From Flavobacteriaceae bacterium (GTDB taxonomy: Bacteria > Bacteroidota > Bacteroidia > Flavobacteriales > Flavobacteriaceae), in NCBI GenBank assembly GCA_020435885.1, contig JAGQYU010000067.1:1-32460 (forward strand): 32,460 nucleotides of DNA, in the 5' to 3' direction. The notes under the pieces are model-generated. The model saw only the letters and a list, made by a program, of their open reading frames with translations. It was not told where the DNA came from and did not search any database. The translations under genes were made by a program, and so were the position numbers. Shown in pieces: positions 1 to 10,032 of the stretch; positions within the stretch are counted from its first letter, which is position 1; every line of letters begins with the position of its first letter.

Positions 1-144
1 AAAAAAAAATTAAAAATCAATATCGATTTTATTTTTTTTTAATAAAAAATATTCACATTTTTGTAACACAAATGTCTGAGAGAATTAACCCTTATGCCTC
101 TCTCATGTATTAGAATTAACCAAACAAAAACTATACCCTACAAA

Positions 145-1572
145 ATGACAAAAACTGCTGCTTCAGTTTGGAATAATTGCCTGTCTTTCATAAAGGACAA
201 TATTAAACCTCAAGCATACAAAACTTGGTTTGAACCAATTAAGCCAATTAAATTAACTGGAGAAGCATTGACCATACAAGTACCTAGTAAATTTTTTTAT
301 GAATGGTTAGAAGAACATTATATTAAATTATTAAGGGTTGCATTGGTTAGAGAGTTAGGTGAAGACGCTAAGTTGATTTATGATGTACGGATGGAAAATG
401 CTTATAGTAGTAAAAATCCTCATACTGTAAAAATACCTAGTGCTAATAGAAAGCCTTTCAATTCTCAAGGGATTACACTTCCGTTGGATATTGATAAGAG
501 AGAACTAAAAAATCCTTTTGTTATTCCGGGAATTCAAAAAGTTAAGATTGAATCGCAGTTAAACCCTAACTATAATTTTGATAGTTTTATTGAAGGAGAT
601 TCCAATAGGTTGGCTCGTTCTGCCAGTATGGCGGTAGCCAATAAACCGGGAGGTACTTCCTTCAACCCATTACTTATTTACGGTGGGGTTGGTTTAGGTA
701 AAACGCATTTGGCACATGCCATAGGTGTTGATATTAAAGATAAATATCCTGAAAAAACAGTGTTGTATATCTCTGCTGAGAAATTTACACAACAATATAT
801 AGATTCGGTTAAAGGAAATACCAGAAACGATTTTGTGCATTTTTATCAGATGATTGATGTGTTGATTATTGATGATGTGCAGTTCTTCTCTGGTAAAGCC
901 GGGACACAAGATGTGTTCTTCCATATATTTAATCATTTACATCAAAATGGTAAGCAGGTAGTTTTAACTTCTGATAAGGCGCCTGTAGATATGCAAGATA
1001 TTGAACAACGCTTATTATCACGTTTTAAATGGGGCTTGTCAGCTGAGTTGTTACAGCCTGATTATGAGACGAGAATCTCTATTTTAGAGCGTAAGTTATT
1101 CAGAGATGGCGTTGAAATGCCAGATGAAATTATCGAATATATTGCTAAAAATATAAAAACCAATGTAAGAGAGCTGGAAGGAGTGCTTATCTCTATGATA
1201 GCTCAAGCATCTTTTAACAGAAAAGAATTTACGTTAGCACTTACCAAACAAATTGTAGATAAATTTGTTAAAAATACCAAGCGAGAAGTTTCTATAGACT
1301 ACATTCAAAAAGTAGTGTCTAAATATTTTGAGATAGATGTAACCATGTTACAATCTAAAACCCGCAAAAGGCATATTGTACAGGCTCGTCAGTTGGCCAT
1401 GTATTTTGCTAAAAGAATGACAAAAGCATCATTGGCTAGCATTGGTTCTCAAATTGGTAATAGAGATCATGCAACCGTGCTACATGCTTGCAAAACAGTT
1501 GATAATCTTACTGAAACTGACAAGCAGTTCAGAAAATACGTTGAAGACATTACCAAAAAGCTGTCTTTCTAA
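145..1572 (+). CDS. dnaA: Chromosomal replication initiator DnaA (ORF track starts at 94; MTKTAASVW at 145 is the more likely start)
   Basis: Walker A GGVGLGKT, Walker B LIIDDVQF, RLLSRF, C-terminal RDHATVLHAC DNA-binding signature. Confidence 0.98.
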   Translation: MTKTAASVWNNCLSFIKDNIKPQAYKTWFEPIKPIKLTGEALTIQVPSKFFYEWLEEHYIKLLRVALVRELGEDAKLIYDVRMENAYSSKNPHTVKIPSANRKPFNSQGITLPLDIDKRELKNPFVIPGIQKVKIESQLNPNYNFDSFIEGDSNRLARSASMAVANKPGGTSFNPLLIYGGVGLGKTHLAHAIGVDIKDKYPEKTVLYISAEKFTQQYIDSVKGNTRNDFVHFYQMIDVLIIDDVQFFSGKAGTQDVFFHIFNHLHQNGKQVVLTSDKAPVDMQDIEQRLLSRFKWGLSAELLQPDYETRISILERKLFRDGVEMPDEIIEYIAKNIKTNVRELEGVLISMIAQASFNRKEFTLALTKQIVDKFVKNTKREVSIDYIQKVVSKYFEIDVTMLQSKTRKRHIVQARQLAMYFAKRMTKASLASIGSQIGNRDHATVLHACKTVDNLTETDKQFRKYVEDITKKLSF

Positions 1573-1583
1573 TCCCTTTTATT

Positions 1584-2042
1584 ATGGTTCGTGTATTAAT
1601 GGTATGCTTAGGAAATATCTGCCGCTCGCCATTAGCCGAAGGTATTTTGCAGTCTAAAATTAATCCTGATAGAGTTTTTGTAGATTCAGCGGGTACATCC
1701 AATTATCATATTGGTGATACTCCTGATAGGCGCTCCGTATCCATAGCTCAGAAAAATCGAATCGACATAACATATCAAAGAGGAAGGCAATTTAAAGTTG
1801 AAGATTTTGATACTTTCGATCACATTTATGTAATGGATAATTCTAACAGACGTGATGTGTTGAGTTTAGCAAGAGATGATAATGACAGGGCTAAAGTTAA
1901 GATGATATTGAATGAGGTCTTCCCAAATGAAAATGTAGATGTGCCAGATCCATATTATGGAGGAGATTATGGTTTTGAGAATGTGTTCAAATTGTTGGAT
2001 GAGGCCTGCTCTGTAATAGCCGAAAAACTCCAATATGAATAA
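1584..2042 (+). CDS. Low-molecular-weight protein-tyrosine phosphatase
   Basis: P-loop VCLGNICRS and DPYY motif. Confidence 0.95.
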   Translation: MVRVLMVCLGNICRSPLAEGILQSKINPDRVFVDSAGTSNYHIGDTPDRRSVSIAQKNRIDITYQRGRQFKVEDFDTFDHIYVMDNSNRRDVLSLARDDNDRAKVKMILNEVFPNENVDVPDPYYGGDYGFENVFKLLDEACSVIAEKLQYE

Positions 2043-2748
2043 ATTAGGCAATTTATATTTAATTCCTACTACACTTTCCGAAACCGAACCTTTGGAAGTG
2101 TTGCCTATTTCTGTTAAAAAGATTGTTGAACAGGTTAATAGTTATATTGTTGAGAATGAAAAATCGGCACGTAGGTTTATTAAAAAGATATCGCCAAAAA
2201 AATCACAACCTTCACTAAAAATATATTTACTGGATAAGTTTACAAGTGAATCTGAAACCATACATTACTTAGATGCTTGTTTAAAAGGTGAGCATATAGG
2301 TTTATTGTCCGAGGCAGGCGTACCAGCCATTGCTGATCCAGGAGCTACTATGGTTAAATTGGCGCATCAAAAGGGAATAAGAGTAGTGCCGTTAGTAGGC
2401 CCTTCATCCATAATTATGGCGATGATGGCTTCCGGATTGAACGGGCAAAATTTTGCTTTTAATGGTTATCTACCGATTGAAAAAGCAGATCGCAAACGCA
2501 GTATCCAAAAACTGGAAAAATTGTCGTTTGAAAAGGATCAATCACAGTTGTTTATTGAGACTCCTTATAGAAATGATAAGATGCTAGCTGACCTTTTGCA
2601 ATATCTGTTTCCAGACACATTGTTGTGTGTAGCGGTGGACATTACATCTCCGACTGAATTTATCAAAACATATTCGGTTAAAGAATGGAAGCAACAGCAA
2701 ATAGATTTGCATAAACGGCCTGCAATCTTCATTATTCATAAAAAATAA
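2035..2748 (+). CDS. SAM-dependent methyltransferase, tetrapyrrole methylase/RsmI-like family
   Basis: LYLIPT, LLSEAGVPAIADPG, VVPLVGPSS, FIETPYR motifs. Confidence 0.88.
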   Translation: MNKLGNLYLIPTTLSETEPLEVLPISVKKIVEQVNSYIVENEKSARRFIKKISPKKSQPSLKIYLLDKFTSESETIHYLDACLKGEHIGLLSEAGVPAIADPGATMVKLAHQKGIRVVPLVGPSSIIMAMMASGLNGQNFAFNGYLPIEKADRKRSIQKLEKLSFEKDQSQLFIETPYRNDKMLADLLQYLFPDTLLCVAVDITSPTEFIKTYSVKEWKQQQIDLHKRPAIFIIHKK

Positions 2749-2781
2749 AAAAGCCTTCAATTTTTACTGAAAGCTTTTTTT
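2747..2781. terminator. Probable bidirectional intrinsic terminator
   Basis: AAAAAAGCCTTCA...TGAAAGCTTTTTT hairpin between convergent genes. Confidence 0.75.
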
Positions 2782-2808
2782 ATGTAATATTCAAATAAGT
2801 ATTACTAT

Positions 2809-3438
2809 TTAAATTTTAGGCTTTTTTTGTGGTTCTACAAAGGAAGTGTCATAGCCTGCAAATTTTCTTAAATAATGCTCAATATTAGTGCCGTAAGCAT
2901 CAGAAAAGCCTTCTTCGCCATTACTTCGTAAGTATTTTTTTACACTTCCGGCGCCAGCCAAATGTGCAGCTGCTAAAATACCGGATTCTGTTATTCTGAT
3001 TCCATTTATTTTTTTACCAACGCTTCTTTTAATGTCTCTTTTTAAGATCCATTTGTTCAATGAACAAAGTGCTAAAAAGGCGTCTTCTTGCATTTGGGCA
3101 TCTTTTAAAAACTCAGCAGAATCATAAATGTGGAATCTGCGTAAGGTAGATTTTCCAAATTGATATTTTCCTAAATAACCAAGGTCATTTATTTTACTAT
3201 ACATACCTTGTGATTCTCTAAAGCCCAACGCTTCTTTAAAACCGACATAAGACTTTCCTGTAAAAGGAAAATTAATGGCAGTGTAAGGTTCCATTTCTTC
3301 TTCTTGTAAAACGTTAGCAAAATAATCGCCTTGAGGTACATTATAGATTGCCTCTGTTTTATTCCATGAAGAAAAACTTGTGGTTACAAAGTGTAAAAGA
3401 AGTATTACACCTGCAAATTTTAGGAGTTTCTTTTTCAT
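2809..3438 (-). CDS. Secreted lysozyme-like/lytic transglycosylase-like protein (likely start MKKKLL at 3438; ORF track starts at 3471)
   Basis: N-terminal signal/anchor; FKEALGFRES...GYLGKYQFG and ILAAAHLAG resemble lysozyme-fold motifs; -7 element TACATTTG on minus strand at 3489-3496. Confidence 0.55.
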   Translation of the reverse strand: MKKKLLKFAGVILLLHFVTTSFSSWNKTEAIYNVPQGDYFANVLQEEEMEPYTAINFPFTGKSYVGFKEALGFRESQGMYSKINDLGYLGKYQFGKSTLRRFHIYDSAEFLKDAQMQEDAFLALCSLNKWILKRDIKRSVGKKINGIRITESGILAAAHLAGAGSVKKYLRSNGEEGFSDAYGTNIEHYLRKFAGYDTSFVEPQKKPKI

Positions 3439-3557
3439 ATAGTTTACTTTAAAAAGGTGCATATAACACACATCTTAAATTCAGCGTGCAAATGTACGGT
3501 AAAAAAATGAGCTAACCATGCTTTTAGCAAAAAATTAACAATCTGCTTATCAGCTGA

Positions 3558-4469
3558 TTAAAAATATAATAGGTAGAATTTAGGTTGATTTTTACTATTA
3601 AATTCGATAGTTGGGGCGGGTATTTTAATAAAATTTATCGTAGAAAAAACAGTTTTAAGGAATTTAGATTGTGTTTTTACTTTTGACAGGTCTACATCAA
3701 AACTGAGGTAAAATTGTCGTTGTCTTTGAAATGTATAATCACTTTCCAATTGGTCACTTTTGGTTCCGTAAAGCATACCATCAGCACTATAACCCACAGC
3801 TATATTTAACCATTTTGGGAAAGAACTGCCTTTTGAAAAAGACCAAATATTTGCTGAAAGCCAGTAGGTTTGCCCATTATAATCTTTCAACGATTGTTCT
3901 ATAAAATTCTCGCCTAATGTCTCTGGGCGTATATCTGCATACTTAGTTGTATGGAATGAATATTTTAGTAAAATACGCTGCTCATCCCAAAGTAATTCTT
4001 GCCCTACTAATAAACCTGTACCTGTAGCATTTGCTACCATGTCTCCGGTTGAAAACCCCCATTCTTCTGAAAAGCCATCCAGTACTTCAACGGTAGTTAA
4101 AAAAGCGAAGCCCAATGTTGCTCCATATAGTAATTGATTCTTTTTACTCTCTCCTGCCCATTTCAATAGGTTCATACCAGTTTTACCTACATAATATGAA
4201 CTCATAATATGCCCCATTTTATCCATTTGAAGCCATTCATTATTATCATTAATTGCATGAAAGCTGGAACGCGGATGATTTGCATACCATAACTGATTGA
4301 GGCCAATCAAGGCAGTTGAAGCTGCAGCTGCTTCGGTAATGTAAATAGTGTTGCGCCTTTTGGTGTTTAGCGTATCTGAATTTTGCCAAAAACTGATAGA
4401 ATTTTGAGATGTAATAGTATGAGTCGTAATATAAAATATTAGAAAGAATGTAAATCTAACATGCTTCAT
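3558..4469 (-). CDS. DUF2279/YfiM-like exported protein
   Basis: Signal peptide, MDKMGH, EVLDGFSEEWGFSTGD, KDYNGQTYWLS, terminal Phe. Confidence 0.75.
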   Translation of the reverse strand: MKHVRFTFFLIFYITTHTITSQNSISFWQNSDTLNTKRRNTIYITEAAAASTALIGLNQLWYANHPRSSFHAINDNNEWLQMDKMGHIMSSYYVGKTGMNLLKWAGESKKNQLLYGATLGFAFLTTVEVLDGFSEEWGFSTGDMVANATGTGLLVGQELLWDEQRILLKYSFHTTKYADIRPETLGENFIEQSLKDYNGQTYWLSANIWSFSKGSSFPKWLNIAVGYSADGMLYGTKSDQLESDYTFQRQRQFYLSFDVDLSKVKTQSKFLKTVFSTINFIKIPAPTIEFNSKNQPKFYLLYF

Positions 4470-4470
4470 A

Positions 4471-5505
4471 TTAGCGATTTATACCTTGTTTAGCTACCCA
4501 TTTTCTGTATTTATCGGCATTTACATTATGCTGGGCCAAAGTTCTGGCAAATTCATGTTTCCCTAAATCGCTAACACTGGCACACATATAGTAATAATCA
4601 TGTTTTGAAGGATTTAGTACAGCATCAATGGTGAAAATATCCGGCATGGCGATAAGCGCAGGAGGTAAACCTATATTTTTGTAAGTATTATATGGTGAAT
4701 CTATTAATAGATCGTTATTCAAAACACGTTTTACTTCATAGTCTTGCCCATACTTTTGTTTTAATGCAAAAATGATGGTAGGATCGGCCTGTAAAGGCCA
4801 TTTATCACGTAATCTGTTTAAGTAAAGCCCTGCAACTACAGGCCTTTCAGAAGATAATGCTGTTTCTTTTTGAACGATGGAAGCTAAGGTCATTACTTCA
4901 CTTTTAGTAAGATTTAGTGCTTTGGCTTTGGCTATTCGCTGTTCATTCCAAAAGGTTTTATACTCTTTTAGCATCCTGTCCCTAAACTTTTCGGCAGAGG
5001 TATTCCAGTACAATTCGTATGTATTTGGTATAAAGATTTGTAAAGCACTTTGCTTTGACAGATTATTTTCACTTAAAAAAGCAGGATCGAGTATAGTATT
5101 TAATATGGTGAGGGAATCTGCTTCTAGTTGAGTTGCAATTCTACCTGATAACTTCTCCAATGTATCCTGATTATTGAAAGTAAGCATAACGGGAGTTTGT
5201 TTTCCACTTCGCAAAAGATCAATAAGATCATTATTGTTCATCCCTTCTTTAACGATATACCTTCCGGGTTTTATAACATTAGGGTAGTTTTTTTTCTGAG
5301 CCACCCATTCAAAACTGCTCATGTTATCTAGGTAAGGCTCAATGGCTTCCTTTACTTCAGAAAAATCTGCATTAGTAGGAATATAAACTGCAGCTTCTTC
5401 AGTTACGTTTGGAGCATATATTTTTACATAAAATTTATATCCGATAAGGCCTCCGATTATCAGGGTGATAGCAATTATTGAAAGAATGATTTTCTTTAGA
5501 TTCAT
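4471..5505 (-). CDS. mltG: Endolytic murein transglycosylase MltG (YceG family)
   Basis: N-terminal TM helix, LASIVQKET, LQADPT, SPYNTY, GLPP motifs. Confidence 0.95.
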   Translation of the reverse strand: MNLKKIILSIIAITLIIGGLIGYKFYVKIYAPNVTEEAAVYIPTNADFSEVKEAIEPYLDNMSSFEWVAQKKNYPNVIKPGRYIVKEGMNNNDLIDLLRSGKQTPVMLTFNNQDTLEKLSGRIATQLEADSLTILNTILDPAFLSENNLSKQSALQIFIPNTYELYWNTSAEKFRDRMLKEYKTFWNEQRIAKAKALNLTKSEVMTLASIVQKETALSSERPVVAGLYLNRLRDKWPLQADPTIIFALKQKYGQDYEVKRVLNNDLLIDSPYNTYKNIGLPPALIAMPDIFTIDAVLNPSKHDYYYMCASVSDLGKHEFARTLAQHNVNADKYRKWVAKQGINR

Positions 5506-6026
5506 TTTTTGATCAATTGGAATAGTATTTCATCTTTATATACACCGTTGGTATATATCCATTCTTTTTTAACGCCAACTTCTGCAAAATGGTATTTTTT
5601 AAAGAGCTGTAAACTTTTATGATTATCAGTAGTTATGTTTGCAAACAACTGGTGCAGGTCTAACTGATTGAAACTATAATTAATAAGGAGTTTTAGGGCT
5701 TCGGAAGCATATCCTTTACCTTGTTCACTTTCAATTAGTAGGATGCCTATTCCTGCTCTTTTGTGTTGGGGGTTAAAATCAAAAAGATCAATAATGCCTA
5801 CTGCTTTATTACTTTTTATTTCAGTTATTACTAGGCGTAGTTGTTTGGCTTCGTAAATATCTAAATGTGCATTGGCAAGGTATTGAGTCAGTAAATGCCT
5901 GCTATACGGGGTTTGCGTACTGCTGACTTCCCAAAAAGTACTATCATTTTCTATGGTGTACAATAGTTCAATATCTTCAGGTTCTAATGCCCTTAAGTAA
6001 ATATTGGTGCCTTGTAGTGCTTGCAT
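5502..6026 (-). CDS. GNAT family N-acetyltransferase (RimJ/SpeG-like)
   Basis: IYLRALEPED start, QGKGYASEAL acetyl-CoA motif. Confidence 0.88.
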   Translation of the reverse strand: MQALQGTNIYLRALEPEDIELLYTIENDSTFWEVSSTQTPYSRHLLTQYLANAHLDIYEAKQLRLVITEIKSNKAVGIIDLFDFNPQHKRAGIGILLIESEQGKGYASEALKLLINYSFNQLDLHQLFANITTDNHKSLQLFKKYHFAEVGVKKEWIYTNGVYKDEILFQLIKK

Positions 6027-6805
6027 CAGATTTCTATTTGTCCTTTAAACACTAATGTGGCTTCGCCTTTTAGGTAGATATTTTTATAACCTTCACCATC
6101 AGTTTCAAAAGAAACTTCCAATGTGCCACCTTGAGTTTCTAAACGGATAGTAGTGTCTTTTGTCTTATTGGATTTGTGAGATGCCAGTGCTACAGCCGTA
6201 ACTCCTGTACCACAACTCAAGGTTTCATCTTCCACGCCACGTTCATAGGTGCGTACTTTAAAGGTATTTCCATTTTGTTGTTCTACAAAATTCACATTAC
6301 TGCCTTCTTCAAAATAAGGAGCTCCGTAACGGATATTTTTACCAACACCATAAACATCAGTTTTAGTAATGTTATCTACGTATGTGATATGATGAGGTGA
6401 TCCGGTATTTAAAAAAAGATGGTTGTCAAATGTTTCAACGGAAGTTACATCGCTCATTTTAAGACTTACCACGGCATCTTTGATAGATGCTTCGTGTAAA
6501 CCGTCAAAAGCATCAAAAACAGTCTTATTTTCAATAATTCCTAACTGTTCGGCAAAAGCGACTGTGCACCTACCACCGTTACCACACATACTGCCCACTT
6601 TTCCGTCGGCATTGTGGTATATCATAGTAAAATCATGTAAATCTGACAGTTCTAACAGTATCAAACCATCGGCACCTATGCCAAATTTTCTGTCGCATAA
6701 ACGCTCAATGAGTTTGGTATCGTTTTTGGGAAATATTTGCTGACGGTTATCAATCATGATAAAGTCATTTCCCGTACCTTGATATTTATAAAACTGTAGT
6801 AACAT
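6026..6805 (-). CDS. dapF: Diaminopimelate epimerase
   Basis: GTGNDF, MCGNGGRC, ERGVEDETLSCGTG catalytic Cys motifs. Confidence 0.97.
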   Translation of the reverse strand: MLLQFYKYQGTGNDFIMIDNRQQIFPKNDTKLIERLCDRKFGIGADGLILLELSDLHDFTMIYHNADGKVGSMCGNGGRCTVAFAEQLGIIENKTVFDAFDGLHEASIKDAVVSLKMSDVTSVETFDNHLFLNTGSPHHITYVDNITKTDVYGVGKNIRYGAPYFEEGSNVNFVEQQNGNTFKVRTYERGVEDETLSCGTGVTAVALASHKSNKTKDTTIRLETQGGTLEVSFETDGEGYKNIYLKGEATLVFKGQIEI

Positions 6806-6812
6806 AATAGGG

Positions 6813-6896
6813 CAAATGTAAACATTTTTTTAGGTAAGGTGCGTTGTTAAAGTATAGTTAAAGTAAAAAAACTTTACCAATAAACAGGTAATTTTG
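6813..6896. promoter_or_regulatory. Divergent Bacteroidota promoters for dapF and degP
   Basis: TACATTTG (minus, 6813-6820) and TAATTTTG (plus, 6889-6896) match TAnnTTTG; GTTAAAGTA direct repeat at 6846 and 6857. Confidence 0.6.
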
Positions 6897-6949
6897 ATTG
6901 TTGAATTTAATTAAAAAACAGATTAATCAATAAAATTTAAAGAGTAAAG

Positions 6950-8392
6950 ATGATGAAAAAAATAGCAAGTTTATTGTTAGCATCTGTTCTTGGAGGTGCA
7001 TTGGCTCTGGGAGGCTATGTATATCTTCAAGGCGAACAAACATCAGCAGTTACCTCTAAAAAAGCTGATGATTTTGGTGTAGTGCAAACTAGTACTATTG
7101 CCTCAAAAGCTGCTTATGCTGCTGAGAATACTGATTTTACAAATGCTGCTGAGCAGACGGTTAATGCGGTTGTCCACGTTAAGAATGTGGCTGTTTCTAA
7201 TCCTAATCCGTTGTATGAGTTCTTTTATGGAAATGGCGGAAGTGGTGGCAGGGCTGTAATAGGAACCGGATCTGGAGTGATCATTTCACCAGATGGATAT
7301 ATCGTTACAAATAACCATGTGATACGTGGTGCCAAAGAGTTGGAGATAATACTAAATAACAAGCATACTTATAAAGCAGAAGTAGTTGGAACACATGAAA
7401 GTTCTGATATAGCATTGTTGAAAGTTGAGGCCTCAAATCTTCCTTATATCACATTTGCAGATTCTGATAATGTACGTGTTGGCGAGTGGGTGCTTGCGGT
7501 GGGTAATCCTTTTAATTTAACTTCTACGGTTACAGCAGGTATAGTAAGTGCCAAGGCTCGTGAAATTAACATAGCTAGTGATAGAGCTATGATAGAATCA
7601 TTCATTCAGACTGATGCGGCTGTAAATCCGGGGAACAGTGGTGGTGCTTTGGTGAATGTAAGAGGTGAATTGGTGGGTATTAATACAGCAATCAGTTCAC
7701 AAACAGGTTCTTATGTGGGTTATTCCTTTGCGGTTCCTTCTAATATTGCTAAAAAAGTAGTAGAAGATATTATGGAGTTTGGCGATGTACAAACGGCCTA
7801 TTTAGGTATTGTTCCGGCTGAGTTGAACAGTGAAATTGCTAAAGAATTTGATGTAGATATTACTGAGGGTGTGCTAATTGCTGAAGTTACGGAAGAAGGA
7901 GGTGCAAAACCTGCAGGTGTTAGAAAGAATGACATCATCACACAAATGGATAATGTAAAAATTAGAAAGTTCTCTGACCTTCAAGGTTTTTTAAGTACCA
8001 AACGCCCAGGAGATGTTGTAAAAGTAAAAGTATTGAGAGGAAATTCTTCTAAAGAGTTTGATGTTAAGTTGAGTAACCAATTCGGTAAAGAATCAGTTGG
8101 GAAATTAGATTTTAGTAAAAAATATATTGGTGATTTAGAGAAAATTTCTAGTAAGAACGCTGAAAGGTATAGAATTAACTATGGAGTGGAGATTTCAGTA
8201 CTTAGAAATAATTTATTGATTGCTAACAATGTCAAAAAAGGTGATATAGTGTTAAAAATTGATAATGAAAAAGTATATAATACAGAAGATGTAGAAAATA
8301 TTTTAAGGAACAACAAAGGGAAGCGAGTAATGCTACAAATCCTTAATCAAGAAGGTTATGTAGATTATCAACCTTTGGTTGTGTTGAATTAA
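6950..8392 (+). CDS. degP: DegP/HtrA (Do) serine protease with PDZ domains
   Basis: TNNHV, DIALLK, GNSGGAL catalytic triad motifs; two C-terminal PDZ-like regions. Confidence 0.93.
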   Translation: MMKKIASLLLASVLGGALALGGYVYLQGEQTSAVTSKKADDFGVVQTSTIASKAAYAAENTDFTNAAEQTVNAVVHVKNVAVSNPNPLYEFFYGNGGSGGRAVIGTGSGVIISPDGYIVTNNHVIRGAKELEIILNNKHTYKAEVVGTHESSDIALLKVEASNLPYITFADSDNVRVGEWVLAVGNPFNLTSTVTAGIVSAKAREINIASDRAMIESFIQTDAAVNPGNSGGALVNVRGELVGINTAISSQTGSYVGYSFAVPSNIAKKVVEDIMEFGDVQTAYLGIVPAELNSEIAKEFDVDITEGVLIAEVTEEGGAKPAGVRKNDIITQMDNVKIRKFSDLQGFLSTKRPGDVVKVKVLRGNSSKEFDVKLSNQFGKESVGKLDFSKKYIGDLEKISSKNAERYRINYGVEISVLRNNLLIANNVKKGDIVLKIDNEKVYNTEDVENILRNNKGKRVMLQILNQEGYVDYQPLVVLN

Positions 8393-8412
8393 TACGTTTA
8401 ACAATCAATCCT

Positions 8413-8443
8413 AAAATCCTCCGAAATTTCGGAGGATTTTTTT
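8413..8443 (+). terminator. Intrinsic terminator after degP
   Basis: Perfect inverted repeat AAAATCCTCCGAAA/TTTCGGAGGATTTT followed by T run. Confidence 0.9.
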
Positions 8444-8513
8444 ATAGAAAAAGTTTTACGAAAACGATTGAAATGGTACTTTTGCAAAAAACTAACTAAT
8501 TTAAAAATTCAAA

Positions 8514-9959
8514 ATGCAAACAAACGAAATCTATGAAAAAGAACTGGCGTATCAGGCAGACAGACGCCGTGCCACGGTAGAGTTCATTAAAATTACTAGT
8601 GATCTTTGGTTTGATAATGCCGTTGAATTGGTACTGTTCAGAAATCAGCTTATCAATAGAAATGTGAGCGAAATCCTAAACTTGGTAGAATATGCAAGTG
8701 AGTTTGTAAACAAACCTATCTCTATTTTTGATGCCGTTGAAATTTCAAGGGCTATTAAAGATCTGAACATCCCTCCGGCAAAAATAGACATCGGCAAATT
8801 AGCTTATGAATATGTGTTGGCTGAAGATGATGACGATATCATTCACTTTGTGAGCAATAAATTGAAAGACGCTGAAAATTTCAACGAAATTGAACCAAAA
8901 GACATCGTTCTATATGGTTTTGGAAGGATAGGGCGCTTGTTGGCACGTGAACTGATGATGCGTACCGGAAAAGGCAAACAAATGCGTTTGAGGGCTATTG
9001 TTACTCGTGGCGAAATGAATGAAACCGTATTGGAAAAAAGAGCAGCATTGCTAAGAAACGATTCGGTACATGGTGAGTTTGAAGGAAGCGTAAGTGCCGA
9101 TTTTAAAAACAAAGCCTTAGTAATTAACGGAAGCACTGTTTATATGATCTCAGCCAATGCTCCGGAAGAGATAGATTACACAACATACGGAATCCATAAT
9201 GCCTTGGTAATTGATAATACAGGTGCTTACAGAGATGAAGCCGGTCTGGGTCGCCATTTAAAAAGTAAAGGAGTTGATAAAGTATTGCTTACAGCTCCAG
9301 GCAAGGGCGTTCCAAATATTGTTCATGGGGTAAACCACAAAGAATACGACCCCGATAAGATAGATGTTTTTTCGGCGGCTTCTTGTACTACCAATGCCAT
9401 TACGCCAATTTTAAAAGTGATTGAAGATAGTTTTGGTATTGTTGGCGGACATTTGGAAACCATCCATGCTTATACCAATGACCAAAATTTAGTTGATAAT
9501 TTTCATAAAAAATACAGAAGGGGCAGGGCGGCGGCGCTGAATATGGTTATTACAGAAACGGGTGCCGGAAGTGCTGTGGCAAAAGCTTTACCTTCTTTGG
9601 CAGGAAAACTTACTTCCAACGCTATCAGAGTTCCGGTTCCAAATGGTTCGCTAGTGGTGTTGAATCTGCACTTGGAAACTGAAACCAGTGTAGAAACTGT
9701 GAATGCCGTAATGAAAAAATATGCCTTGGAAGGCGATTTGGTAGAGCAGATAAAATACTCATTAAGCAATGAATTGGTATCGTCTGATATAGTAGGTACA
9801 TCGGCCCCAGCCATATTTGATAGCCATGCCACTATTGTAGGGCCTGACGGTAAGAATGTGGTCTTGTATGTTTGGTATGATAATGAATATGGATATAGCC
9901 ATCAAGTAATACGGTTGGCAAAACATATAGCCAAAGTAAGGCGCTATACATATTATTAA
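8514..9959 (+). CDS. gap: Glyceraldehyde-3-phosphate dehydrogenase, long form with N-terminal extension
   Basis: GFGRIGR, ASCTTNA catalytic motif, WYDNEYGY; -7 element TACTTTTG at 8477-8484. Confidence 0.95.
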   Translation: MQTNEIYEKELAYQADRRRATVEFIKITSDLWFDNAVELVLFRNQLINRNVSEILNLVEYASEFVNKPISIFDAVEISRAIKDLNIPPAKIDIGKLAYEYVLAEDDDDIIHFVSNKLKDAENFNEIEPKDIVLYGFGRIGRLLARELMMRTGKGKQMRLRAIVTRGEMNETVLEKRAALLRNDSVHGEFEGSVSADFKNKALVINGSTVYMISANAPEEIDYTTYGIHNALVIDNTGAYRDEAGLGRHLKSKGVDKVLLTAPGKGVPNIVHGVNHKEYDPDKIDVFSAASCTTNAITPILKVIEDSFGIVGGHLETIHAYTNDQNLVDNFHKKYRRGRAAALNMVITETGAGSAVAKALPSLAGKLTSNAIRVPVPNGSLVVLNLHLETETSVETVNAVMKKYALEGDLVEQIKYSLSNELVSSDIVGTSAPAIFDSHATIVGPDGKNVVLYVWYDNEYGYSHQVIRLAKHIAKVRRYTYY

Positions 9960-9987
9960 ATTAAACACTATTTATTGATTGAAAGGG

Positions 9988-10027
9988 CTGCCTTACTGTT
10001 GGATGTTAACGTTAAGGCAGTTTTTTT
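9988..10027 (+). terminator. Probable terminator after gap
   Basis: CTGCCTTA...TAAGGCAG stem followed by T run. Confidence 0.7.
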
Positions 10028-10032
10028 ACAAA

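Noticed and set aside
1-144. oriC upstream of dnaA
   Set aside because: Only one imperfect DnaA-box-like 9-mer (ATATTCACA, 49-57) is visible, no dnaN follows, and the window edge truncates the region
694-936. Short antisense or alternative-frame ORFs in the track (this one, and e.g. 4877-5131, 6423-6743, 9503-9832, 12377-12706, 17325-17624, 24014-24241, 26362-26571)
   Set aside because: They lie inside well-supported genes and have no recognisable motifs; shadow ORFs
8457-8472. LacI-like operator (TACGAAAACGATTGAA) upstream of gap
   Set aside because: Only a half-palindrome and a single instance
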